Positions 37,776 through 52,500 of a stretch of 64,000 bases of DNA are shown here, in pieces. The notes under the pieces are model-generated. The model was not told where the DNA came from. It saw only the letters and a list, made by a program, of their open reading frames with translations, and ran no database searches. Made by a program: the position numbers and the translations under genes. The DNA is from Ascidiella aspersa (taxonomy: Eukaryota), in contig OZ004613.1 of assembly GCA_963924565.1 (NCBI GenBank), positions 13,454,001-13,518,000 of the forward strand. The letters are read 5' to 3'. Each line of letters starts with the position of its first letter. The first letter of the stretch is position 1.

Positions 37776-40700
37776 GGCTTCAACCAACCAACGCTCAAGA
37801 GAACTATGTTTAACATTTATTTAATTAAAAATTAATTTGTACTTTTTGTTGCACTTTGTTGTACTCTGACTGTTCGGTGGTAACTCTTTTTTTAATCGTG
37901 CAACAAAGCAAAATGCGCAAAATCCATTATTATGTTGTAAAAAGCATACGAAACGTTGGCAACAAAACTTTACCTATTCAAGAAAACCAACGACAATACA
38001 CTGTTTGATCTGCGTGCAAATTAACAAGATGTGGTTTACGTTCAAGTCTACATGAAAAGCTGCTGGTTTTGCATTTTTGAAACGCCAAAGTTAGTTTGCA
38101 CCACAGCATCGTGGAAAAATAATATGTGACTGCACTTAAGCGACGAAATATCATTGTAAAGGAAAAGAGTACTGGCCCGTGTGGTGTCGAAAACCGTGGC
38201 GTGATTAGGTTAGAATAGTAACGCGACACCTGTTGTTTCAAAGCTGAACTGATGAGGTCAAATAAAGGAGTCTCGGAATGTGACGAGGGGCAACGTTGGG
38301 CAGACGGGGTCGGATCGGGTCTCAGTATGTCTGGCTTAGTATAGAAGTTTTTCACTTTAAACTAAAACAAAATTGGATGCACAAGTCTTAAAAATTAGGA
38401 GCACTGTTTTACAGTGTTACTTTATAAATACCATTCAATCAACAATAGGAATGTTCTATAATATTGAAAAGAACATCCGATGCTATGTTAGTATCCGGGC
38501 CGATCAAATATTAAATTATTTTTGCTCATCAACAACCTAATTAAGCACCGAAGCATCGTTTTTTAACTTAAAAAAATCTTAAAAATAGTAAATTAGTGGT
38601 CGATCACTTGGTATCGGATCAGACTGCACTATTTTTTGCCAACAATAAAGGGTTTAGAAATAAAGTATTAGACAAACCCAAGTGCGTTTTTTACTCAAAC
38701 AAAGTTCTACAGAAGCAACGTTACATTGGCTGGACGTTGCTGCCAGCGCCATGGTCATGAACAAAAACAAGTTGAACGAACATAGGACACCCCCATCGAC
38801 CAATGCCAGGTCCATATTATCGATCAGGTCTCCAGACCCGAAAGTGTTTTTCAGCTGGACTGCCTGCCGAGCGGCAAATAGCAATATCGCGCTTTCGGTG
38901 TAAAAACCCAGTTCGCGGTTTTGGCGACGGAGGCGATACGGGCGCTTCCCAGTAACGCGCGACCGGCCGAGTTCCGAGGAAAGCAGGATGGTGTAATGCA
39001 CACGCGGATTGCCAGGGAAACCGCTAGCGAATACGCGCCAAGCTGAACTGAAAGCTAACGGAAGGTCGGCTTGCCTCAACGCCTTAACAAATGTTTCTTT
39101 TTTAGCAAAGTTGAATCGCAAAAACTTTCAGCCCGTGAATGTGTCAAAAACTTCGCTTGTCGGCACCCAACTTTTTTTAAACTGCACTGTTTTTACCAAA
39201 CCTTGTCCAGTTTTCTTGGAAGCTCTAAATCAGGGGTTGCCTACCCCTGCCGTAAACGTTAAGGACCATTGCTTTTTTCCATAATACTTTTACGAAAATA
39301 AAGGTCTAAGCTATAAAAACATTCAAAAACAGTTTGATCAGCAACTTTGTAGCTTTCTCATGCTCTCCAATCACTACAAACACTACATTTATAAATTCAC
39401 ATTGATCTTTAAATATACAACGTTTTCAGATTATGAAAAAAATACTTGCCAAACCAAAAATTATAGTAGTTTCAAAAGTTTTGAGGGGCACCGCCAGTCT
39501 CTATTTTCCAATTTTTTTTAAATATTAGCTTTAATGTCAAGCTTAAAAATAACTCTTATCATACAAACATATTGGTGTATGATCTCTTTTTATGTGCCAT
39601 TGCAGATTTCAGAGATGTGTTTTGTTTTGCTTTACTTAATTTCAGCAAACAATCAACAGTACATGATGAGCTAATTTAAGTTTTACATTTTATGTTGCAG
39701 CATTGCTTTTTGCTAGTGAATCTCTCAACAAGAGAATGAGTTTTCTGAAATGTTTTGAACCAACAGACAAACATGAACTACATATGCACACCAAAAAATT
39801 GATGCAAGTTAATATGCTATGATCTCAGTACATAGTTACAATCCAAGCCATTGATAACATTTATATTTTGTCACAATCTGCTTAAACTTTTTAAACTTAG
39901 TGAGCTGTTTTTTATACATATATATATACACAAATGGAAAATGTTTTAGGAGGATTATACTTTACACATGCTAGGTTTGTTAGCTCAACCTAATTTTGAG
40001 GTGTAGTAACATATAGGAAGCAAGCTAGAAGTCATATCTAATATTACTTGCTGTTGGTACTATAAATTTATTTAAAAAATAACCATGCATGATGCAAAGA
40101 TGCATGTATAAATACCTATTTGATTACACTGTGTGCCATTAGCAGTAAAAGTGTAACATTCAGTTTTTCAAACTATACAAACATGAAATACAATAGCTTA
40201 ACACATTATATTATTCATATACTAGAAAATAAAAGGCTAATTTCAGCAAACATGAGAAAAATCTGAATAAAAGTTGATTATTTTTTGTCAAAGACAGTAC
40301 TCTAGAATTATGATCCATATTCAACAACTAGTATTACCTTCTTTGTGAAGAAAGTAGTTGTTTTGCACTGTGCGTTGTAAGGCACCAAATAATATATCCA
40401 TCTAAAAACAAACAATCTGGTATAGACAAATAGGGTAACAATTGGGTATTACTAAGTAGCATTATATGTGTGTAATGACACAAGTTTTCAAATAAAAATG
40501 GACTGAAATAAAAATACATTCCATATAAGAAACTATTTTAAATAATTACTAATGTTTATATCATTCCTGAGAAGCAAAATGCAAGTCCTTAATAAAACAG
40601 GCTATTATACATGCAGTTAGGTACCAAGTTTTGAATCACAGAGCAGGTACACTTTGCTTTACTTGAGCTCTCCGGATACTTTGCCTGCACATGACTGTAC

Positions 40701-43508
40701 ACTGATGCCTTCCTAATTGCCCACTCATATTTATCTGCTGCTGGTTGGACAGAAAAAGGAAAATTTTCCAATAATTTGACCATGTTGATTAGCGATCAAA
40801 AGCAAGTCAAAGCAAAACTGCAGCAACTTCACATTACGTTATGCAGCAATCTGCCATGCATCAGGAGGCCGAAATCATGAACGGATGCCTTTAGGCATGA
40901 CCATATTAGACTCAACTTTAAAGTGATACTGTCCATATAAGGGTACGTTTATTTGAACCGCCATCCACAAAGTTTAGATTTACAGAATAGCCTAAAGGCT
41001 TGATAGTAAAATGTTCTGCTCACTGTGCCACAATGCCAGTAGCCTGCTTATGAGGTAATCCTACTGAAGGCAACGGGATATTTTGCAGATTGCATCACTA
41101 GTTGCAGTGGTATTACATAGTGCAAATTGGTTATAGAAACAAATTGCACAGGTGTAATTGGTATTGACAGTTTTGGGTTTTAAATTTAAATTAAAAACTG
41201 GTTAGCTTTGTTTTCGTATGTCACATTGCTATACTGTAACTATTCCTTCACCATATGACAATTCATGCTTAAGCACCTTTAAACCTAACATTCAGACCCT
41301 TAAAAACAAATTAGGAAATTCACATGGCAAGACAAACTGCCCCTTTTATAGTGTTTTGCATTTATTACCCATAAACAGTTCACATTCATCATGTATTTAC
41401 TTTTTCTATAGTACATGGATACTACTACGTTAATTTTGCTGGTATCAGAAAATAGCAAGTGTGGCGAAACAAAACGTATGTTTCATTCAGTTGAGTCAAG
41501 GCACAGTTTCGTTCGTAACATATTCGAGTATATTGTAGGAGCTCTAAACGATTTATACAGCTGACCATTTACCACCAACCTGTTTGAAGTTTATAAGTGT
41601 GAAGGCCCAAGTTGACTGAGCTGGGTTTCTTAGCATAGACGACTGTTATTCGCAAATAACGAAGTAGAAAGGACGTCGTTGTCAATTGTCAAATAATCAT
41701 CTCGTCGCAATTTGCACCTTACGGCCGACTCATGTTTAATGACCCGAAACCCCGACAACAGAAAGTGGAGGTCACCCAACGACATCTAGCGTTCCCAATA
41801 TTGGTGATATAAATAGCAGTGTTCACAGCTATTTTAAAATCAAGGCATTTTAAAGTCTTTGTACAATATTATTTAAGACTGTGGAGCAACTTTTTTTTAG
41901 AATGTGATCAACCCCCCCCCAATAAACAAATAAAATAGAAAAGAGCTAGGCAACTACGCGTTTTTTGCCTGGATTGCATTAAAACAAAAAGAATATAATC
42001 TCTTTGCCTTCTTAAACCAATAATACTAAACAACGACAGAATACCAGAAGCCAAAACCGGCTTGGTGTTTAAGTCTAACTAAAAGCTTGAAATTAACAGT
42101 GACGGAATTTACACAAAATCCATCCCTGAACAAAATACAAATCACATAAGGGATTCCTAAACATTAGACTAAATATTGCAAATAATTTCACTTTTTAATA
42201 GATTAGAATTAGAGCAAACAGATATTATAATCTCTTCGATCAGAGTTACTATCGTGCCAGTAGAGTGGCTGCGGCTAGCGTACTTTTTAGTTTTTCCCAC
42301 AAGTCAAAAGTATTTGGTCTACTAAACTAACCTTGCAAGTTATCATTGATATTTAGCGCAGGCTTGTCATACGTTCATGCATCAAAAAATGTCCGGACTT
42401 TTTTATGTCAAGGAATAAAACGGGATTATAAATATAATAACGAAACAAACATCGTTTCCGATATTTATCAATCCTTAAACTCATTTTTACTTATTTAAAA
42501 GAAGTATCACGTGATTCGGCCTTATCCTGTCACATCTTTATCTCGTTTGTTACGTTTTATAATATTTTAGTCATTCGGATTTCGCTCTTGAAATGTTGTT
42601 ATCAAGAATTGATATGATTACAAACACAAATTGTTGAAACAAAGATTTGACCCCTACCAAAATTTAGGCCAATTAAAGTTACTGTTCTGTAACCTTACTC
42701 GGCCTTACATCAAGTGTAGTAAACAATTTCAAATCACGTAATTCCAAGTCAAGTCATTCACAAATAAACTGAAGTCCAAATCATGTAATTTTCGAAAAAT
42801 ACATTGTAAATTTAATAAAATTACTCAAACTTTGTCGATCCGGAAGGTTTTATTCAAATATTTTACAAGAAATTGGGGTAAAACTTGGAAAACTTTACCA
42901 AAAAAAAAGTTTAAGTCAAAACATTGGACTCACAGATGTAAGTCCAGTAATTTACGAACAGTGAGTTATTTGTTAGGTGCATGTTCGATTTTTTGTTTAA
43001 CGTGCTTCGAATAACTATGAAAAACATAATTTCAAGTTAGTTACTTAACTCGAATAACACAACTCCACTAAATTGCCTCGGGAATCTTAACAAAAGTGTT
43101 CTTATGTATAATATCCATAGTTTATTCCTTTGAATTTAAAGAAGCAATTAAAATTTCGCAAATACGCGAGGCAAAAGAAGTATTATTGTGCCACGCCGGT
43201 ACACGCCGAAGAAGTGATTAGCTAATCGTGTACACTGTATATGATGGCGCGAAAATATACCGCCGGAAAATGACGTAGCGTATACACAGCAAAAAAAAAC
43301 GCCTCAACGGCGGGGTTTCAAAGGAAAAAAATCAAGTGCTATACTGTACAAGGACACAAGTACACAGTAGTACGATATTGCTATAGTCTATGGAGTAGAG
43401 AAGAGATGCAATTGGTGAGAACGCGAGGGGAAAATTGGATGAAATCGTTATGTACAGTATTGCATCAGAATACGATGAACTTGTGGCTTGGTCGCGGAAG
43501 CGGAGCGA

Positions 43509-46500
43509 TCACTCCCACACGTGGCGGCTGCAATGCTCGAATGCCTGTAAATTGATAAATTTATACGCAACCACGACTTGAAGCCGCCTAGGCAGAAGAA
43601 CGTCTGCTGATCTCGGTAAAACTCTTTACTGACGAATTAACGCCGCGAATTAGAATGAAAAATATTATATTTGTTTTTCAAAAGAAAGGCTCCTTAAACT
43701 TTATGGGTAAAACACGTACCAAGTGTAAGTTTGTAGCAAATCTTTCCCTCTATAGGCACTATATGGATAGATGTTGTATAGCTATTTGTGGCGGTAAAGG
43801 GGTAGAGTTGTTATAACTTAGACACAACGTAAACAGTTAAACGTACAAAGTAATAACATCGTTTTAGGTTGTCAATAAACAAAGAGTTTCAATAAACAAA
43901 GGGTTTTAAAATAATTTTGTTACTGTTATCACTGATCTTAGTTATTTATCTTACAGGCTGCTGCAGTAATAAAACAAACTTCAGACAAACACTATGGAAG
44001 CCCATGAACCATGTTGTCTGCTTGCAAAAATATATTTCGGAAATCACCAGTATTGACAATTTTGTTCTAAAAATTAAATATCACGTCGCACTGCGTTAAA
44101 TTACTCGCCGCTAAACGCGGGATTGTGTTGTCTTGGAGCATGTCAAGCCTAACTTAAACCTAAAAGCAAATTTAAAGATAAAACCTTGAATGTCTATGCG
44201 TCAGGTCGGGTGAAATAATCTCGTTTTACGATTCACTTACGTTGCATTCGCGGGCGGCCTTCTCACTGCTGCACCAGTAGGACGGTCCGTAGGTACATGG
44301 ATTAGCACCGATGATCACATGGGCACTAGACGAACCGCAGACGCCAATTTTCTGTGGACAAAAATGTACGATATATGATATATATATTAGAAAAATGAAT
44401 TAAAATTTTAAAATAAAGTAGATGCAGCCAACATGACATCAAATTAATATAATAGTGCATTTAGTAATTCACACAATGATATCAATTACTTATCTAAAGT
44501 TAAAAAAATGTTCTAAAAAGCCATTTTTCGTACAAAACAGCCCAACAAATGTTGTTGAAATGTGACATTTGTAGCATGACTACTCACTTTTTTACTGCAA
44601 AGCAGGTTAATTTATGGCTATACAATTGCAAAGCAATGCAAAAAAAGAAGAAAAAAATTTTTTTTAGGTGAAGGACAATTAATTTTTTTCAAAATTTTAG
44701 CCCAAATCTGAATTTTCAAATTGACGTAGCACGGTCAATACTGAACCAAACGTGCTCAGATTTGTTTTGTGGGGTTTTTAGACGTAACCTAACAATTCCA
44801 GGGGGTCCACACTAAAATTTGACAAAAAAGTGTTTTTTTGAACAACCCTAATATATATATATATATATACTAAAGGCAAATAATTAGAGCAAACTGCGAC
44901 GATTGTTTAAATTATAATCTGTCCTCTAATTCTGGTTGCAATTTTTTTTTTCTTTATCGAGAAAAAATTGTTTTAGAGTATATACAACGATGAGACGATA
45001 AAGAATTTCATAAAAATACTCTTTAGTGAATTCTACGGACTTAGAGCAGAGGCTATGCTAAAAAATACCAAAAAGCATTTTTGCTAATTTATCTGTATTT
45101 TTGCCTTGAAACAAGTTGATTGGTATACGTTGCGTTTACAATACATTTTACTTAAGTTATTTTTCATAAATACGAGTTTATAATTAACGTTCTATTTTAT
45201 GACAAGGACTTGGTTTGAAGTTGACTTTCTCTAATTATGACTGGACTGGGACTTGACTTAAGCAACCGATGACATGGACTGGGAATTGACTTGTCATTTA
45301 TTTAGAAAATGCTGGACGTAATTTACAAATGACTGACTTGTTTACAACACTGCTATGTTATTTCAGCCCACAAGAAAACAAGCTTCTTTTTAAGTGGCCT
45401 ATCCAAAGATAAAGTCTACTTTTGAACCACCTCTACTATATTTACCGAGCACACGACATCGGGCTGCAGATCGTTTTCCAGCAGCTTGATGATATCTGGA
45501 GTGTATTGCTTCACCAAGTCGTCGCACTGAAACAAAGGCAAACATTATTTTACCGACGAATATAACACAGGTGTTTAAGCAAAAATAAATAAGGTGCAAT
45601 TGCAAATTTTGGATAAGTGAGACTACTTTTTTTCTGGGTTTAAATCCGCTACAGCGGAATTTTGAAAATGTTTTTCGATTTTTGAGGTCATTATAGCATT
45701 GGTAAAAATAGCAATTGTTAGCATTTTTCCTTATAAGAGCAACAACCTGCGTACTACAATGTTAGATTGACGAACAATTCAATAAAACACGAAAAAAATG
45801 TTTTTAATAGGAGGGAAATAATTCGGTCATGACCCGGGGACGACCAAGCACACTATAACCTTTTTTTATCTCATGTTTTACCATAGTGGAATCAGTATAT
45901 TTGTTAAAGTCGTCCTCGCGTCTTAATATTACGTTGTTATATGAAACATTTAAGGTGTAGGCAGAAAAACGGTAAGTCTTTACCGTGGATTTAAGCGGGC
46001 TGGGAAGCTCGCTGCAGACGTTCTCGAGAGCCTGTTCCACTTCCTCTGTAGTGGCGTTTGCTGACAGCTCCTGGTCAACCCACTGCATTGCGATCTGACA
46101 CACTTGGCACAGTTCACCGCTGGCCACTTGCGATTTGTCCACCTGTCGGAACGTTACAATGTTGTTGGTGGGCAACCGCGACATGCAAGGCGTATCGCGG
46201 CGTTTTTGGCGCGCATTCGAAAAGTCAGATCGTAACTCAAACGCTTTTAACTGTTAAATCTGAGCAAATCCGCAAGCGGAACAGCAGGAACAGCAGAAAC
46301 AGCAAATAGCAAGTAAACTGCATAAGCGCATTGTTAGAACTTCGCCAACAGCGGTTATAAACTTAAACATTTATTACACTTTGAAACTGTTTAGTAAAAC
46401 GTGGAGCGTCTAAGAAAGGCCACTATCGAGTACATGTTGAACTTATCTTGATGTTTAGCTTAACGCCTAAAGCGAATCCACGCAGAGATTTGCATAATTT

Positions 46501-49500
46501 ATGTGTACACAACTTTAGTGGATTTGCTAAACAGTGTTATGAAGACTAAAGTTAACAGATTCTGACTTAAGATAGTTATAGTTTATATATTTCACTTAAC
46601 TAAAGTCATTTGGGAAAATTACTTCGTTTTGACAAAAAAGAGCTTTTGTTTAACAAAAATTTATTATTATAATTATTATTAGGTTGTTGAACGAAACTTT
46701 GTATACGTAAAATGGTTTGGATACATGTTCACTTTTCTGTGACAAACGACTTCACTTGTACTAAATCAGGAATCGAAAACCTATGTTAGTATTGCCGGGA
46801 CGCGCAGATTGCACAAAATAACATGGACATAAAAAAATTTTTTTTTAATTTGAAGTTAAAAAATATCACATTCATATCATAAAAAATTAGCAACATTTGT
46901 ATGATAAAATACTTTTTAGTGCTAGTATTCTATTTACTTGTAAGTAGCAAGCATTGGAGAACCAAAGCAAGGAAATAATTACGCACAAACATTAATTGAT
47001 AGATCTAATATGCCTAACGGTGCAACATTAGATTGTCAAGCAAGGCGCATGTGGCACGCGGAGCGCTGCACGGATCTGTAATGTGCTTGATAACGAATTG
47101 CAAAGCCAAAGGTCGAGTAAATCGACTATACTCTAGATTTCAGATTAAGACGTTTCGATACGTACTTGTATCATCTTCAGTTAATGTGACTGAGATAAGT
47201 GATGCTTTGACTTACTTCTCAGTCACACTAATTGAAGATGACACAAGTTCGTATTAAAACGTCTTAATCAAGATGATGTCGATCTACTCGACCCTTTTGG
47301 CTTAAAAAAATATTGTTTTTGACAATGTCGCAGGTCAAGAGGCGCTTACCAAAGCGTTCGAGCAGAGTTTAAGTTCCGAGCAGAGTGCATTAGGTGAGAT
47401 TTGCTGAATGAGCAGTTGGACAAGCGCCTCTCCGTTGGTGGCAAGAAAGTCAACGCACTGGGCTTTGAGATCTCCTGGTAGAATGTCGCACACCTTCTCT
47501 ACCACAACAACGATCTCGGCCTAAAAAACGAAATGACGGATTTCGTTGCAGACGCAGCGTGTGGAAGTGACGCACAAAATAACGAGTTTTTTTGTTAAGT
47601 TAGAAGACATTTCATTGATATATAGCTTATGTAAAGTTTTAATTGTTTTGAGTACCTTTTTTGCCGTATTTTTTTATTGATTTTGCTTTTATTTGTAGCG
47701 ATAATTTTGTTGAAGCCCATCATTTTTTAACATAAATTGTTTTACTCTCCTTATTTCTTTAGTTGCTATACTATTCCTATTTAGAGCATTAGCTGGTATT
47801 TCAAGCATCGAGTGATAATTGGCATAAATAGTTAATTAAATTTAACAATCTTTTCTAAACCTATATAACAAATTTTGCTTAAGAAGTCTACAAATAATAG
47901 GCTAAAGTGTATTTGTTTATGTGCTTTCGTCTTGTGTAATAGATATTAATTTGTACTTTACAGGTACGATTCTTGAAGGGTTATAGGCTCTAAGAGTTAA
48001 ACACGGTTCGTTACCACTTTGGAATGTTTAAATATTTCATCTAATTGTGTTTGAATTTATATTTTATTCATTGAAAAAGGGAGAGCTCAGTAGTTTTTCT
48101 GTGGGTAAAGCAGATATACTGAATAACATACTTTGGTTGAGTTTTCATTCAGCAAATTGTCGAGTTCTGTTGCAATCAACTTGCAGATATCGCATTCGGT
48201 GGTCGACTTCACTGGAGAGACCTGTACACGTAAACAAGTTTAACATAACTAGATTCTTTAAACCAAGCCATTCTTAACTTTTGAGTTCATTTCTTTTTGC
48301 AATTTTCATCCATTACACATCCAAGGTTGTTTAACATAAACCCTGCCCATTAGAGCAGCGGTTCCCAAACTTTTCTAAAAATTTTGCCTGGATGTCCCTT
48401 TGCATTGATTTTGATATTTCGCGGCCCTATAAAACAAGGGTCAGTTGACCCATGTTTCTTGTACTGGTGCAGTCACGAATCTTTCTAATGTAACAACTTT
48501 CTGAATAATATGAACGATTCGCTGAGACATCATAATAGATGCTTTAGATGTCACAAGAGACATCATAAAATACGCGTTTTTATCTAATAATAAAGTATAA
48601 CTAAAGACGAAGAATAATGACAGATAAGGTTTAAAACATTGACTAATGTCTAAAAACTTAAAGACTAATTCTCTTTGCGGACCCTCTGAAACTGCTGCAC
48701 GGACCCCAGTTTGGGAACCGCTGCATTAGAGCCTTATGTAAAACAAATCGTTAATTGTAAGGGAGGTGTGTGTTGTAAAACGAACTCCTGTTACAACCTC
48801 CCGCGAATGGGGCTGAACCCGCAACTTTTGACTTACGGCAACTCCTGAGCAAAGGCCAAGTTTAGAGCAGAGTTTGGGCGGGGGCACAAGGCTGACAAGA
48901 AGTTCCACTATGGTTGATCCGTATTTCTCGATGAAGCTGTCGCATTCGGCTTGGTAGGCTGCAGGCAGAATCCTACAGACACTTTCGACTACCGCTTCGA
49001 TTTCCTTCTGTGAAAAAGTCGGTTGGCTTAACTTAACGTTGACACAATACGCACCGTTCTATATTGCGAGTGGCATATGCAGAAAAAAAGGACGTATGCA
49101 GAAAACGACATACCCATGTAAACTTAAAACAAGTGGTGGTTTTAATCTATTGGCGTTAGGTGAGTGCACAAGAACTTGGGAAAATCACTATGGTCTCCAA
49201 GGGTATATGTTTATCATAAATTCAAGTAAATCAATTCATATAAAACAATGTTGTTACAAAAGCATCAGCGTCAGCAGTGTTGCAATACATAAACAAATAA
49301 CTTAGGTTAGCTCGAATGATAAGGACAATTTATTGAAAATTAACACTATCTAATGCGACTTTTCTAACAACTAGATTTTAACCCAAAGAAAACCTATAAC
49401 TACTCTGAAAAACGTTCAAAACGCTACCACTTTTGTTGAGATCGCCGTTTGATACACTTGATTATCCCACATTAAAGCATAAAATAAGTACAATAATTTC

Positions 49501-52500
49501 CCTATTTATTATTTAATTGCAAAAAAATCAGTGTTTTAAAAGCTTCAGCGCCTTGCATAGTAGGCAGAAACGTTTCCGAACCTCGGTTTGCCCAGCTTCC
49601 AAAAGGTGCTCCAGTTCTTGGACGATTATATCGCACAGTTCGCAGGAATCTCCCAAGCTGGCCTGGAAGCAACACAAACAAAAAGTAAGTTAGAGCTATA
49701 TTGATTTTACTTGGGTCGCAGCAATTTGTGCTTTGTTCGAATTACTCCTAACTTTAAATTAGCAACTTTTATTGCACATGGTATATGTAATTAATAATCA
49801 TGCTTCTCTCCAGGCATTAAAATAGCGTTAGCCTTATACAATTAAGATTCATATTGCACAAAAACAACAGTCATAATTGTATTTGCTATACGAGTCTACG
49901 AAATGTGCAATTGAACTTTATTAAATTAAAATTGCAATTTGGCCATCTAACGGAGTCAGTTGGAAAACGCAGCCTGGAACTAAAGCTCTACGCACTTTTC
50001 CTTTTATTTTTAGGCAAACCTGAAAAATCTTGTGAATTTACCTTGTGATATGAAGTACAGAGTTTGAGCTCCTTGCAAATGGCGGAAGGCGTGAGTTTAT
50101 TGATCAACAGTTGGATAATCTGGTCACCGTAAGTGTCGATCAGTGTGTCGCACTCCGACTTGAGTGTACTTGGCAACAAATTGCAAACCCCTTTCACCGC
50201 TTTAACGATCTCTTCCTGAAAATACCGACACAACATGTATGTTTACTTATGGGCAACACTTCGGTTGGTTACAACGTTATTCGTTACCATTGACGAATAA
50301 TTGTGAATGATACAACGGAAAAGCATAGCACCATGCATCACACCCTTAAATGTGATTTTAAGTTTTTGTTTAGGGCCGTAGGGGTGAATTTTAAACACTA
50401 GGTGAAATTCAAATATATGTTGTGCTAGCTAATATTAATATCCGATAACACCTGATCGCAGCAAACAATCAAAGTCTTATGGTAGTATCGGTAGTCAACA
50501 GATAGTAGGGTGGTATCGGACAAAAAAGTTCTTGCGTATTTCAGCCATGGTTTGTAATCCCATAAATTTTGTTAATTTGTGACAGTAATGAAGTCATTTG
50601 GTATCGGTTCGTATGGCCGTAATTACGTACATCGGTTTCGAATTAAATACAAAGAATTTAATAAACAATAAGATTTTGCCCTAATGCCATGCCCGAGAAA
50701 GTATTCCGAAATTCGTGGCGAAACACTTACCTCCGTGCTGTCTTTGGTGATCAGCTGTTCGAGCTCAGTAGCTACAGCCTGGCAAATGGTGCACTCCTCG
50801 TCTGACGACACGTGCTGAAACCAAATGGAATTATCGTTATTTGGAGGCGGTTAAAGTTTCAATTGTCGGCATACATATTTATTCCAGAACATTGCAAAAA
50901 CAGTTTATAAGCGTGTTTCGAAACAATGTTGAATATGTTAGTAATAAACATAATAGGTAAAAAAGCGGAAAGCCGCGACCTATATCATATTTTTTAAGTC
51001 ATTCTTTACACAAAGCCATTCTTAACTTTTGAGTTCATTTCTTTTAGCAATTTTCATCCATTACACATCCAAGGTTGTTTAACATAAACCTTGCCCATTA
51101 GAGCAGCGGTTCCCAAACTTTTCTAAAAATTTTGCCTGGATGTCCCTTTGCATTGATTTTGATATTTCGCGGCCCTATAAAACAAGGGTCAGTTGACCCA
51201 TGTTTCTTGTACTGGTGCAGTCACGAATCTTTCTAATGTAACAACTTTCTGAATAATATGAACGATTCGCTGAGACATCATAATAGATGCTTTAGATGTC
51301 ACAAGAGACATCATAAAATACGCGTTATTATCTAATAATAAAGTATAACTAAAGACGAAGAATAATGACAGATAAGGTTTAAAACATTGACTAATGTTTA
51401 AAAACTTAAAGACTAATTCTCTTTGCGGACCCTCTGAAACTGCTGCACGGACCCCAGTTTGGGAACCGCTGCATTAGAGCCTTGTGTAAAACAAATCGTT
51501 AATTGTAAGGGAGGTGTGTGTTGTAAAACGAACTCCTGTTACAACCTCCCGCGAATGGGGCTGAACCCGCAACTTTTGACTTACGGCAACTCCTGAGCAA
51601 AGGCCAAGTTTAGAGCAGAGTTTGGGCGGGGGCACAAGGCTGACAAGAAGTTCCACTATGGTTGATCCGTATTTCTCGATGAAGCTGTCGCATTCGGCTT
51701 GGTAGGCTGCAGGCAGAATCTTACAGACACTTTCGACTACCGCTTCGATTTCCTTCTGTGAAAAAGTCGGTTGGCTTAACTTAACGTTGACACAATACGC
51801 ACCGTTCTATATTGCGAGTGGCATATGCAGGAAAAAAGAACGTATGCAGAAAACGACACACCCATGTAAACTTAAAACAAGTGGTGGTTTTAATCTATTG
51901 GCGTTAGGTGAGTGCACAAGAACTTGGGAAAATCACTATGGTCTCCAAGGGTATATGTTTATCATAAATTCAAGTAAATCAATTCATATAAAACAATGTT
52001 GTTACAAAAGCATCAGCGTCAGCAGTGTTGCAATACATAAACAAATAACTTAGGTTAGCTCGAATGATAAGGACAATTTAGAGCCATTGAAAATTAACAC
52101 TATCTAATGTGACTTTTCTAACAACTAGATTTTAACCCAAAGAAAATCTATAACTACTCTGAAAAACGTTCAAAACGCTACCAGTTTTGTTGAGATCGCC
52201 GTTTGATACACCTGATTATCCCACATTAAAGTATAAAATAGTACAATAATTTCCCTATTTATTATTTAATTGCAAAAAAATCAGTGTTTTAAAAGCTTCA
52301 GCGCCTTGCATAGTAGGCAGAAACGTTTCCGAACCTCGGTTTGCCCAGCTTCCAAAAGGTGCTCCAGTTCTTGGACGATTATTTCGCACAGTTCGCAGGA
52401 ATCTCCCAAGCTGGCCTGGAAGCAACACAAACAAAAAGTAAGTTAGAGCTATATTGATTTTACTTGGATCGCAGCAATTTGTGCTTTGTTCGAATTACTC

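Noticed and set aside
38654-39121. 155-aa minus ORF or MARCH first coding exon
   Set aside because: No domain similarity and no donor in the phase 2 needed to join the 28394 acceptor; more likely a CpG-rich promoter or 5' UTR.
39663-41392. Box C/D snoRNA candidates (+ 39663-39748; - 41392-41292)
   Set aside because: C and D boxes are present, but terminal stems are weak, I recognise no rRNA-complementary guide, and the two lie on opposite strands.
43691-43712. Similarity to the U12 snRNA 5' end (CCTTAAACTT..ATG.GTAA)
   Set aside because: The match does not extend, and there is no Sm site or downstream stem-loop.
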